NCBI RefSeq assembly: GCF_009914755.1
Contig: NC_060941.1
Reading direction: 5' to 3' (one strand)
DNA: 64,000 nucleotides
Source of the DNA: the human T2T-CHM13v2.0 reference genome, Homo sapiens
Numbering within the stretch: position 1 is the stretch's first letter; every line of letters begins with the position of its first letter. The notes under the pieces were generated by a model, which ran no database searches, was not told the origin of the DNA, and saw only the letters and a list, made by a program, of their open reading frames with translations. This document shows, in pieces, positions 29,303 through 43,340 of the stretch. The translations under genes were made by a program, and so were the position numbers.

Positions 29303-30119
29303 TTCCTAGAGCTCCTGACTCCCAGCCTGGTGCTCTTTCCCCTCCCGTGTAGTTGGGACATTTTGCTCTTCTTCAGCCCATGCCTGGTATCGGTTTATTG
29401 TACTAAAAGACTCGGTTTAGCTTGGCCTAGACTTTTTTTCCTGAGTCAAGTAGTGCAGGGCTCAGGGAGGCCTCAGGCTCCTGCAACTTGCCTCTCCATT
29501 CCGAATCCCTTGGTGATGGCCACATTTGGCTTTGAGTGTCCTTGTGGTTTGGGCCACCCCCTGATCTCTGCCCTCTCCACAGCTGGTCTGGGAGGGTACT
29601 GCTCATTCTAATGGCCTGGGTCAAGCCAGCTTCACCCCATGGGCTTCTGACCTCCTTTCTGGCCCTTGCTGTCCTGCCCTGCCAAAAGGGCACTTTATTA
29701 GTAAGTGAGATTTCCTGGAAAACCTCCAAGGGCCTGGAATGACTGAATATTTCAGGCTAAGTGGGAAAAACTACCTGAAAGCACAGAGGATGGGAATGAG
29801 TGTCCAGGGCAATTAAGAAAAAATGTGCAAATCTTGGTTCCCTTTTGCATTTCAGGCCAAGAGGGGGAACTCTGGCCTCAGAAGAATGGCCAGGAAAAAA
29901 CATACACCTTGAGCTGGGTTCAAATCAGCAAAACTTCAGCAACTGCTTACTTCTGGCCAACTCAGGTCACCTGCAGCCAGGTGCAAAGGTGTGTGCCAGA
30001 ATGAGAGAGACTGTATTTCAGGAAAGATTTGTGCTATGTGAGGCGCTGCTGTTTTAGGGATGGAGGGTGATGACAGAAGATTTGTAACCCTTTAACTGTG
30101 ATGCAAAACAGAATAGTGA

Positions 30120-30708
30120 AAGAAATCCCCCTTCTGGGTGTATATCCAAGAGGAGCAAAAGCAGGGGCTTGGACAGAGATTTGCACACCCATGTTCATAG
30201 TAGCGTTATTCACAAGAGCCAAAAGGTGGAAGCTTAAACATGATAAAGTTGCTAAATTATATATGTATGTTTTTACCTCAAATGCTTTAAAAAAAAAGTG
30301 AAAACAATCCAAAGTGTCTATTAATGGGTAAACAAAAGGTGGTATTCAGGCTTCAAAAGAAGTGAGATCCTGACACATGCTACACCATGGATGAACCTTG
30401 AAGACATTATATGCTGAGTGAAATAAGCCAGATACCAAAAGACTGTATGATTCCACTCATACGTGGTTCCTAGAGTGGCCAAAATCAGGGACAGAAAGTA
30501 GAATGGTGATGGCTGGGGTGGGGGAAGCGGGGCAAGGGGGAGTTGGTTAATGGGTACAGAGTTTCAATTTTGCAAAATGAAAAGAGTTCTGGAGGTGGTG
30601 GTGATGGCTGCACAGTGTGAATGTGTGAATGCCACTGAGCCGTACACTTAAAAATGGTCAAGATGGTAAATTTGATGTTGTGTATATTTTTCTGCCCAAA
30701 AAAAAAAA
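30120..30708 (+). mobile_element. L1MB (MB3-like) 3' end
   Basis: CTTCTGGGTGTATATCCAAGAG...ATGGATGAACCTTGAAGACATT...GGGTACAGAGTTTCA...CACTTAAAAATGG...A tail. Confidence 0.88.
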
Positions 30709-31377
30709 GATCCTTAGAAGTGCAATAGAAAAAAAATGTGGGAAGTGGCTGGTTACATTTCCAGGCCACGTGCCATGTGCAGAGCGGGACTGGGAAAGTT
30801 TCGGGGACATCAGGAGGGAGACCCTGGACAAAGGAGGGGAGTGCACAGAGCAGGTTCATTCTCCAAAGCCAAGGTCAAGGTCACACTCCTCTCCACAGAC
30901 CCAACTGTGAGTCCTGAGATGCCCCAGACAATTAAATAAGGCTTGAATCAAAATGATATTTTACTTTGAAAAAAGAAAAAGCAAGAATCACAGGTGTTTT
31001 CTTTCCACCCTTTGGATATATGGCATCTGACTGTGAATGGTATGTAACCACTTTTTAAGGGAAAAATAGGCATGTATGTTTACTAGTGAATCAAGCAAAA
31101 TAAAAATCAACTGGCCACATTGGCCCTGACCTTTTACTTACCACCTTCTTCCCGTAGGAATTCTTGCTCTTGGAGTGTGTGCCGTCCGAGAGTCTCCACA
31201 CTGAAATGTTCTTTAATCCAGGGCCTCTTTGACATTGTTCTGCACAGGTTCTACTATGGGAATGCAGGAGGTTCATCTTTAGGATCTGTTTGCCTTCATC
31301 AACATGACTTATAACCCTCGTGCTTCCTCCACAGATGGCACAGCCACCTTTTGCTGTTTCTTAATCCAGAGCTTTCA

Positions 31378-31789
<412 letters not shown>

Positions 31790-32122
31790 CTAGTGATGCT
31801 GCAAATAGCATGTGCCCTGTGACTGGCCTTCCCATGGTGCTGTGAGTCTGTGCCTGCTCAGGCCTCCAGCATGGTGACAGGCAGTTGAAACCACCACTTT
31901 GTTTCCAAAAGCATAAAAGGATTATGCATAAACTGAGAGGTGGGTGGATAAGCAGAGACACAGAAACTCCAGAGTGTGAATGGTCTGGTTGGGGTTGAGG
32001 ATGAACGTGGGGAGGTGAGGAGTAAAGAGGGACAGGGACCCACCTACTGTGTGCTGAAACCCCAGTAGGCACTTTCTAAAGTCTGTTCACTTCTCACCAC
32101 AGTCTTGTGAGTTAGGAGTTTA

Positions 32123-32525
<403 letters not shown>

Positions 32526-33649
32526 TCAACTGGTTCTCACTCCCATCACATTGACACAGCTTCTGCTTTGAACTTTAACCTGTGAGCCACAGGCAACCAC
32601 CAAAGGGTTCTAAATAGGGGAGTGATGGGTTCAGAACTAAGTTTTAGCAAAAGCCCTCTGGCAGAAAGGTGGATGATGGATGGGAGGGAGTACTGGGGCT
32701 AGGGGGCAGAGACCAGTTCTGAGATTTACTGTAGACTCAGTAAAAGCATTGGAAGTAGGGCAGGAAATGGAGGTGGGGTGGGGAAGATGTGTTAACCATA
32801 ATCGTATATTGTATAACTTGGTTCTTAAAAAACATATTGGGAGGTAAGAATTTTCCTTGCTGTTTTATAAATAAGGACACCAAAGTCATAGACCGGAAGG
32901 CTCCCAGCCTGGATCTGAACTTGAGTGCCTATGACTCAAAGGCTCCTGTAATTTCCTCTAAGCCACCTCATGAGCGCTCCCGCGTGGGCGGTGTCAGATT
33001 GGATCCAGACGTGAGGAGAAAGGCAAGGTAGGGTGGCTTTAGAGATATAGAAGTAAGCCGTGGTGGTGGAGTTCTTACCTGGAGAAAGAGAAATCAGGAG
33101 GGCGTGGGTTTGGACGCAGCAGGGTATCCAGTGGAAACACTAAGCCAGCAGCTGGAAGTGGAAGTTAGAGGCCTGAAATCTGGAGATCGCAGATGGGCTG
33201 TGGGTTTGAGAGTCTGAAGGGTAGACCTGCTGTCTGAAGGAATGGGAGTGAAGAGGAGAGAGGAGATGTGAGAGAGAAAAAGGAGAGACGGAGAGGAAAG
33301 AAGAAAGAGAAGAGAGATGCTGATAGGGCCTCAGGGATGCTGGTGCCCAGGGGGTGGTGAAAGGGAGGAGGGGAGAGAGATACAAAGGAGACTGAGGGTG
33401 GGGTGAGGCATAGGGAAGTCAAACCAGGGAAGAGTGTGAAGAGGGAGGTGACCGCCAGTCAAATGCTGCAGAGAGGGGAAGAGGATAAGGCAGAGTGGGT
33501 GCCTGGGAATTGAGCCTCGGTGGTTGGGGGTCAGGGGTGGGGTTGGAAAGCTAGTGAGGAAGGTGGACCACAGTACTGTGTAGATGCCTGGACGGGGGCT
33601 GCCTGGGATCCTCCTCTGAGGGTCTTGCCTGGGGACTCAAACCAGGATT

Positions 33650-33940
33650 CTATAGACAACGTCTTCACGTGGCAAGTTATTTTTGCTGTGAACCCACGTG
33701 GTCGCGCCTGGTAATTATAGGGTAAAAGGAATTAAGCAAGACATAATTTCTCCCCATCAAACCTGACTGTTTTACGTCTCCACCTCGCACCGGCAGGCAG
33801 GCTCTCTCCCTTCACAGGTGCCACTTTGATTTCAGTCACGTTGGAAAGGAATTTGAAACATCTTCAAAGTGATTAAAGAGAGGAAGTCATTGCAAATGTG
33901 GGCTAAATGTAATAATCACATTAACTGTTTATGGCCATGG
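33650..33940. promoter_or_regulatory. Candidate enhancer
   Basis: CACGTG x2 (33666, 33695), TAATTA 33712, TCF/LEF-type CTTTGAT 33824 and TTCAAAG 33863, TTTATGG 33928; repeat-free. Confidence 0.45.
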
Positions 33941-34030
33941 AGCTTTCAGGGGGGAAGGCCTTGTGGTAGCTGACAGTCGGGGTGGGGCTGGGGCTGGTGA
34001 GAACAGTGGTGGCAGAGGTGGCGACGGCAC

Positions 34031-34355
34031 TGCAGGTACAGGTGGAGGATGGCTCAGGTGCAGGTGGAGGATGGCTCAGGTGCAGATGCAGGTGCAGGTG
34101 GAGGATGGCTCAGGTGCAGATGCAGGTGCAGGTGGAGGATGGCTCAGGTGCAGATGCAGGTACAGGTGGAGGATGGCTCAGGTGCAGGTGGAGGATGGCT
34201 CAGGTGCAGATGCAGGTGCAGGTGGAGGATGGCTCAGGTGCAGATGCAGGTGCAGGTGGAGGATGGCTCAGGTGCAGATGCAGGTACAGGTGGAGGATGG
34301 CTCAGGTGCAGGTGGAGGATGGCTCAGGTGCAGTGCAGGTGCAGGCACAGATGCA
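34031..34355. repeat. Minisatellite with 22/34-bp units and 124-bp higher-order period
   Basis: GGTGGAGGATGGCTCAGGTGCA(GATGCAGGTRCA) units start at 34041, 34063, 34097, 34131, 34165, 34187, 34221, 34255, 34289, 34311. Confidence 0.97.
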
Positions 34356-34769
34356 AGTGGGGATGGATCTAATTGTAATATTAATTATTATTATTACAGC
34401 TACTGTTTTTTGAGCATTACTACTCCCTTAGTGCTGTCTCCTTTAACCTTCATTAGAGCCTCATGAAGTGAGCATGATGGTCCTCATAATAAGGGGAGCA
34501 AGGTCCAGAGAAGTTCAGTCATTTGTTGAAGACACACACCTAGGAAGGGGCAGGGCTTGGATGTGGAGATAGTCCCATCCCAATTCAAAACCACTCAGCC
34601 TCAGCTTCACTGTGTGGGGTCCATGGTCCACGTCTGCTCCCTATGGCATCCCAAGGGGACTCTTTCATGTTCAGGGAATTTGACCTTTGAGTCTAGACCT
34701 GGGACTGAGTGGGTGAAACCCTGGCTAATAATTCACCAAAGACTCCAAGACATAAGGGTACTCCTGTGA

Positions 34770-35078
<309 letters not shown>

Positions 35079-35339
35079 TAAAGCAACTTTAGTTTTGCCT
35101 CTTTAAACTCACTTTGTAGGACTTGTTTTCCCCTGATCCTAATGAGATCTCCAGAAGGCCCTGCACTTCTCTGACCACATTTAGATCATAAAATGTTATC
35201 TGGTTGCCTCAGCCCCTTGGACAGTCTCAGTTCAGTAATTAGTATGTCTAATCTGGGGCAATACCCAAGGCTCCAAACTTCATTTAAAGCTTGCAATCAG
35301 GAAAGGGAGTTGGGGGAGATTTTTCTCTCTTTACTCCCT

Positions 35340-35600
35340 GCAATAGGTTCCTATTGAAGCTGCATCAAATTATCGTGAACTTAGAGGCTTAAACAACACA
35401 GATTTACTGTCTTATAATTCTTGATTTATTATCTTGTGGTTCAAAAGTCCAAAATGGGTTGTCAGGACAGTATTCCTGTGGAGGGTTCTAGGGGAGAATC
35501 TACTTCTTTGCCTTTTCCAGGTCTCAGTGGCTGCCTGCATTCCTTGGCTTGTGGTCCCGCATTGGTCTGACATCACTTCCAGTTTCGTACCTCCTTTCCA
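35340..35600 (-). mobile_element. MLT1D/E-like LTR fragment
   Basis: GGCTTAAACAACACAGATTTA...CTAGGGGAGAATC...GCTGCCTGCATTCCTTGGCTTGTGG. Confidence 0.75.
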
Positions 35601-35639
35601 GTGCATGCTTTCTTGACAACGAATCCCCTAATTTTGTAT

Positions 35640-36227
35640 TATTTGCAAAATTGTGGATAGGCTGAGAATCTCCCAATTCCTTTTTCTTGACAGTTCTCTC
35701 CTCGATTTACCTCTTTCCTCTCATGTTTTACTATAAGCAGCATGAAGAAAACAGGCTGCACCTTCAACACTTTGCTTGGAAATCTCCTCAACTAAACATT
35801 CAAGTTCATCATGTATAAGTTTTGCTTTCCACATGACTGTAGGACACAGTTCAGCTAAGCTTTCTGCTTCTATGTAACAAAGGTCCACTTTCGTCCAGTT
35901 TCTAATAACACGCTCCTCATTTCCTTCTGAGCCCTCATTAGAAGCATCTTTAAACTTCTATTTCTGCCAATGGGCTGTTCACAATGATTTGGGTGTTTAG
36001 TAAAATGCTACATGTTTTATTATTGTGCTCCTTATTTCCTTCTGGTCATTCATGGTGGAGGCTTTAACATCCATCTTCCTATTGGCAGTATGTTCAAGAC
36101 AATCTCTGCTTTCTCTATTGTGCCCCTCAATATTCTTTCATCCTCTGCCAACTGCCCAGTTCCAAAGCCATTTCAACATTTTTGTGTATTTGTTATAGCA
36201 GCACCTCACTTCTAGGTTCCAGAAATC
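35640..36227 (-). mobile_element. MaLR internal sequence (MLT-int)
   Basis: CCCAGTTCCAAAGCCATTTCAACATTTT...TATAGCAGCACCTCACTTC typical of antisense MaLR-int 5' end. Confidence 0.7.
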
Positions 36228-36639
36228 TCTATCAGTCAGAGTTCAACCAGAGTAACAAGGCCAATGGGAGATAAATATTGAGAGATTTATTGCCTGAAAT
36301 TGGCTTATGTGATTGTAGGGGCTGCCTAGGCAAGCCTGAAACTTGTAGGGAAGGCTTCCAGGAAGGGCAGGATGGAACTTGCAGGCGCGAGCTGATTCTG
36401 CTATCTGCAGGTGGAATTTCTTCTTCTTTAGGGAAGTCTCAGTTCTGGTCTTAAGGCTTTCAACTTATTGAATCAGGACCACTCGGATTATCTGGAATAA
36501 CCTCCCTTCCTTAACATCAACTGATTATGGACTTTAATCACATCTACAAAATACCTTCACAGCAACACATGGATTCATGTTTGTTTGAATACGTGGGGAT
36601 TGTAACCTAACCAACTTGACACATAAAACTGACCATCAC
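36228..36639 (-). mobile_element. MLT2-family LTR
   Basis: GAAATTGGCTTATGTGATTGT...AAAATACCTTCACAGCAACAC...TTGACACATAAAACTGACCATCAC. Confidence 0.85.
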
Positions 36640-36857
36640 CCTCGCCCATTCTCCTCTCCTCATCCCACTAGCTAATGAGGGATGAGTGAGGCTAGGAGGT
36701 GTGGACTAGGGTAAGGGAAGAAGAAAAGGGCAGGGATGGTTTTCATAACTGTGTGTATGGGGTGAGGGGAATCTGGCAATTATTTCCTCTGACATCAGCT
36801 GCTGTTTAGAGCCAAGCCTTTCTCTCATAGGTGCTGCTGAGAGTTTTTCAGACCCCT

Positions 36858-37336
36858 GGTATTATCAACCTCTGCTGGATAATGCTGCATAACAAACAGC
36901 TCCAGAACTCAGTGGCTTAAAACCAGCATTTATTCTCATGGTCATGGGTTTGCAGCTGTTTGGCTGGTTCAGACTGTTTGGCTGGTGGGTCTGCTTCAAG
37001 CTATGGGTTCAGGTGGCTGTGGCTCCAGGTTGTGGGTTTGGTTCTTGGCCCCTCTGTGTTCCTTGTAGGGCTCAGGCCCAGGTTCATCTTCTCAAGATGG
37101 ATCACTGGGACACCAGAGGGCTAGCCCTGCCACATGCAAGCATATTTGCAGCCCTGCCTTGCTCACCTTTTCCCTGCTTTCAGAATACCCCTTTGGCCAT
37201 AGCAAGTCACAGGCCTAGCTCAAAGTAAAGGAGCAAGGCACCTGTGAGCAGTCACCTGTGCTCACCAGGAGTCCATAGCCAAACTGTGACTATTATAAAG
37301 GAGTGAATCATCGTGACCTATGATGCCATATACTAC
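36858..37336 (-). mobile_element. MLT1 (G/H-like) LTR
   Basis: ATAATGCTGCATAACAAAC...CTCAGTGGCTTA...TTGGCCATAGCAAGTCACAGGCC. Confidence 0.7.
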
Positions 37337-39080
37337 CCTCATCCCTATTCTGGGATCTCTTTTACTTGCCCACTCTCTGTGGGCAGTTTATGACATTCTC
37401 TGTTGACTTCTGATTCCTGGGGATGCTCTTCCTCACGCAGACTGTCTTCTGGGGTCCTGATGCCCCTCCAGGCAGCCCTCTGGGTAAATTTCTTTTAAGA
37501 CCACTCTGAACCATCTCACCTCTGCTCTCTACAATGCTGCCACAGGCTACTTCAGCCAACCTTCTGTCCTTTAAAATTTTCAGACACAAGTCAGACACCC
37601 ATCCACTCCATCCCCCAAGCTCCACGGGAATTTGCAGCAAAACCCCTTGAAGCCCCTTTCACTAGCAACCCTCAACCTCCCCCAAGAGATTCCTGGAGTC
37701 TCCATGCCTGGCCAGGTTCCATTTGTGCAAGAAGGATCAATTGCCAAATTTGAAGTAATTGGGATTTTTTTCCCTCTAGTCACAGTCATTTTTCTCATTC
37801 CCAGTCAAGCATGTCCCCTGTGCTGCCTGCTTTTTGCCGGACCCTGCATTTGTGTTTGGAGATGAGACATTTCCTGTCAGCCCCGTTGTGCTCCACTGAG
37901 CTGGGTGCTGTGTGAGCTGTTCATTAAGACTGCCTATTATCTCGGATTCCCTTCGGTTGCTCAGAGCAATTTATTTTCTTCCTGAAGGAAAAGAACTTTG
38001 GCTCCCCCAGGCCTCAAACCCAGAGGCTTTGGACACATGGGCACCAAAAGTTTAGGGTGGAAAGTTCTGGCTGGTGGCTGGATGCACAGATGACACCCAG
38101 TCACATAGAGGATTACTTGGGACAATCACAGGGCAGATGTGAACACCGGTTACATCTGCAGGTACCAGCCAAACGAAATGAAGTGTAACTATACAGTGTT
38201 AGGGAAATTTAAAGGATTGCTATTTCTACTGGGCCAGATCGCTACTTCCCAGCATAGAAGAATAACCTCTGATGTCAAATTTAAATAGCCTGTTTTATGC
38301 TTCTGTGAATCTAAGTACGAAGCAAGAACATTTAGGCTGAGGAACCCAGTCCTGCCGGCCAGCCATCTGTGTTTCTTGACTGTTCCCCACCATCAGGCCC
38401 TCTCAGAGTGGTGGCCTGGCATGGTCCCGTTGGGTAACTGGTATCTTTTATCCACGACACGGGGAGAAGCTGGGTACCTCCTACAGGAAGGGAGGGAGCT
38501 CACGTGGCTTCCCACGCTGTTTCTGTGCTGGAAAGTTCCATGGTTCAGCAGTTCTGCTGGCCTCCATAGGGGACAGTCTACTGGTGGCCTCATCTTGCCC
38601 TAACCAGTCGACTCATCGTTCAAGTCCCCAGGGAAAATCCTGGCTGAAGCCTCCTCAAGAAAGCAGGTGTTTCTTTCTTGGTGCTGACATGGTATGAGTT
38701 CCCCTATTTGCCGTGACACTTACCACATAGTGCTGTAGTGACTCGTGTGTTTATCTGTTTCTCCTTCCAAGCTGTGAGCAACTGCAGGCCTGGCTTTGAT
38801 GTATCTCTGCATCCCCTGACACACAGCTGAAGCTCAGTAAACCCTGGCTGAAGAGCCGGAGACAAGAGGAGAGGAAAGGGAAACATTGTCTTTCTCCCTC
38901 AGCATCTAAGGGGCCTAACCTGGACTTCTAAGTGAGGCTGAAATGCAGCCTTGTCCAGGTTTCAGTGGAGTTGCCAGATGGCTGGGTGTTTGTCAGTGGC
39001 TTTGAGGTGATTAATTGGACGTTGTTCTTCTCTCCCGGTGGGTGCCTGAGCCTCAGCCATCTCATCACAGCTGCACTTAC

Positions 39081-39159
39081 CTGGTGGTAAAGCCAAGGTC
39101 CAGAAGAAGCGAGCAGCAGTTGACTGCCTCAGGCAACCCAGGCTGCTGGGTGGAATAAA
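39081..39159 (-). ncRNA. Candidate 79-nt internal exon of a minus-strand non-coding transcript
   Basis: CTTGAC branch-like motif, GTTCTTTTTCTCCAG acceptor, perfect CAG|GTAAGT donor. Confidence 0.45.
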
Positions 39160-39309
39160 CTGGAGAAAAAGAACGGTCAAGTTATCCGAATGATGAGCTG
39201 ACTGTTTTCAAAAATTAATTGTTTCACCTCCCTCGAGAAGTTTATTTGGAGGGGCCACCTTCCTCCACTGGGGAGCTGGGTCTCGATGCATGAGAGGCAG
39301 GATCAAACA

Positions 39310-39640
39310 CTACAGTGTGTTTTGGGGAAAAGTCAGAAAGTAGGAGTCTCTGTATTGCTTAGTTGTGTGACCTTGAGCAATTCTTTTCCCTTTCTGGGAA
39401 ATTCGGTTTCCCTCTCTGTAGAGTGGAGTGGTTAAGAGTAGTACAGGCTCCTTAGATTCCATCTTGCTACTTTCTACTGGTGAGAACTTGGGAAAATTAC
39501 TTTTTCTGCAAAATGGGGCCACGATTAGAACTACTTCATTGGGTGATAGTGCATGTTAAATGAGTTAGTAGATAGAAAGTGCTCAGGACAGTGCCTCCGA
39601 TGTACTGATTGCAGTGTAAATGTTTACTGTTGCTATCATC
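39310..39640 (+). mobile_element. Two adjacent MIR fragments
   Basis: TGTGTGACCTTGAGCAA; GTGGTTAAGAG...CTGCAAAATGGGG...GTTAAATGAGTTA. Confidence 0.75.
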
Positions 39641-39894
39641 ATCGTCACCACCATCATCATCATTCTCAGATTAGGTCATCAGTCCCTACCACTGTGGGTC
39701 TCTGGACTGGGGTGGTCTGTGAGGGGAGCTTTCACCAGCTAGTCAAAGTGAGACACGAATGTCCGCATCATGTACATGGAAGGTGGTCAACATTTCTTTT
39801 TGGGAAAAGTTGTTATTTTATTCTGAAACAATGTCCTTTCTACGCTTTAAGTGCTAAAATATCATTTTTAAATGAAATAATAATTATAATTTAA

Positions 39895-40405
<511 letters not shown>

Positions 40406-40573
40406 TGAAATGGCTGTTTCTGTGTCTGGTTTCCTTCCTCCAAAGGAAAGGAAGAAAGTGACTATGATATTCTAGTGAAATTCTCCTCAAATCAGTAGTA
40501 TGATAGAAAATGTAACTAGGAGAAATTGTAGAAGTCAAGTTCAATTCCATCGAAACTTCACTGAGCACCTACG

Positions 40574-40633
40574 AATGCCATGTTGCATGACAACCAACTC
40601 CTATTAATGCCATGTTGTATGACAACCAACTCC
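40574..40633. repeat. Direct duplication of 28 bp (period 32)
   Basis: AATGCCATGTTGYATGACAACCAACTCC at 40574 and 40606. Confidence 0.95.
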
Positions 40634-40659
40634 AGTCCTGCCACCACAGCCTCTCTCCA

Positions 40660-40870
40660 ACATTTACTGTACACATAGGAAGCACCAGACATGGTGATAA
40701 TGCCTCACGTGGATTATCTCACTGTCTTCTGAGGAGTATGAGGTATGTATGGTTGGCCCCATTTCACAGAGGAAGAAACTGAGACTTGGAATAGTGCAGG
40801 ACCTTGCCCAGGGTTTCACAGTCAGAAGTGGGACCAAGAGAAGTCTGTTTGACACCAAGGTTGGGCTTCC
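40660..40870 (-). mobile_element. MIR
   Basis: CCCCATTTCACAGAGGAAGAAACTGAGACT...CTTGCCCAGGGT. Confidence 0.8.
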
Positions 40871-41209
40871 AGCCCCCATATCATGCTGTCATTGTGGGCA
40901 CCACGCATGGCTCCGGCCGTACCCAGAGTTGGTGACTAAGTCTGAGCTCACATGTGTGATTATGTGATTCGTGTCTGTCCTCAGCAGCTGCTCCAGGGAA
41001 AATAGAGTGAGAATGCCTTTTGCTCACCCCTTATCTTCAGCACCCAGCATGGGGCCTGCCTGGCACAGATTAACTGATCACTGAATACTCGCTGATTGGA
41101 TGAATGAGTGAATGAATGAATTTGTTAAGAATCACCCAGGAAAGAATTCTGCCCCCACCCTGCCTCCAAGATTCTCATTCAAGAACTTGGGAGGGAGCAT
41201 ATAAGTCTA

Positions 41210-42014
<805 letters not shown>

Positions 42015-42889
42015 TCAGGCAAGACTGTGAATTTGCACAATGGCCAGCGAGGCTCATTTTTCATAGGCTACCCTGCCACGGGAGCACCCTATGGAAGGAC
42101 GCCCATAATGCAGGAATACGCCATATTGTGGGGGAGGAGAGAAGAATTAGGGCCCAACTTGGGAATGGGGAGCATGACAAAATGAAATCTCCCCGCTGGG
42201 TTCCCATAGAACTCCGTTCAGTCAGGTGCATGTCTGCCGAGCGTCTGTGTTTAAGGCTATCGTGCTGGGTTTGCTGTCAACCCAGTTACTCCAAGGGAAC
42301 AATGACAGCTTCTTCCAGTTCTCTGACTCCTTCCCAGGATTTCTTTTAGAAGGAGGTTCATTTGAGCAGTCTGTAAGCATGAGGGGAATCACTGGGCTGA
42401 ATGGGAGCTAGTGACAGGGCCAGAAGTGGAACTCAGCTTGTTGCTGCCCAGCGGAGAAAACTGTGCTTCTACAGTCCTGGCTCACTTGCAGAGGGGACAT
42501 TGCGGAATCCTGCGTCTATCCTAGGCTCTTAGATCCTGAATTTTAGGAGAGGATCCTACGTGTTTTTCCCCCTGCTTCTTTGCCTGACATCACTGAAGTG
42601 ACCCTAGGCTCTGCAGAGCTGCCTTGGACCCAGGGACTTAGTAAAAACTGTATTTGGGGGAATGAGAGGAAGCTTTGTGAAAAGAGAATAGAAAGGAAAT
42701 ACGGGGAAGACGGAGGGAAAACAGGAAGATTCTGCATCCTCAGGTTTGCCAGTGGCCTTGTAGACCTGAGCTATGAGAGACGAATAGAGATCGTGAAACC
42801 AGGACCATGAGTGATGGGCGTTGGGTGGGCACCAGCTTCGGGGAGGGCGAGGCAGGGGCAGGAGAGTAGATGTTTATAACCAGACTTTG

Positions 42890-43340
42890 CTGGTGCTTGC
42901 TATTCTCTGTGCACCCCTGTCCTATACCCTCGAATCCTGTCTGCCCTTTTTGCCTCCCTGACCTGTGCTGTGCCCCAGGAGGACATCACCCAGGGTTTCC
43001 TTGCTGACTATCTGTTGGGTTTGGCCAGTGAGGCACTAATAGAAGATTGGAGAGGGGAGAGAGAAAGAGAGAGAGAGGATGAGGCGGGGCTTTCTCTGAC
43101 CCTCCTTGCTCTGGGCCATGTTCTGGAAGTTGCTGGACCCGTCCATGTCCTGTCTGGTGTCATCTTCAGTGGCTCTAGCTCTCACTGGGTCCCAGTCATA
43201 TTTCTTTCCTCTTCTCCTTTATGCCTATGGGTGGTGATGCCTCACAATTCCTGCCGCAACACTGAGAGGAGTTCCTTAATTTGAGTTTCTTCCTTTGCAT
43301 CATCCCTGTTGGATTCTGTGTCCTCATGGGGTCTGATTGA
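42890..43340 (+). mobile_element. LTR33-like ERVL LTR
   Basis: GCTGTGCCCCAGGAGG...GTTGGGTTTGGCCAGTGAGGCACT...AGATTGGAG. Confidence 0.6.

Noticed and set aside
33963-34466. Three overlapping repetitive ORFs
   Set aside because: Translation of the 22/34-bp minisatellite; no evidence of coding use
39636-39663. Poly-histidine-encoding CAT/CAC run
   Set aside because: Simple repeat grown from a MIR tail; flanking ORF is MIR-derived
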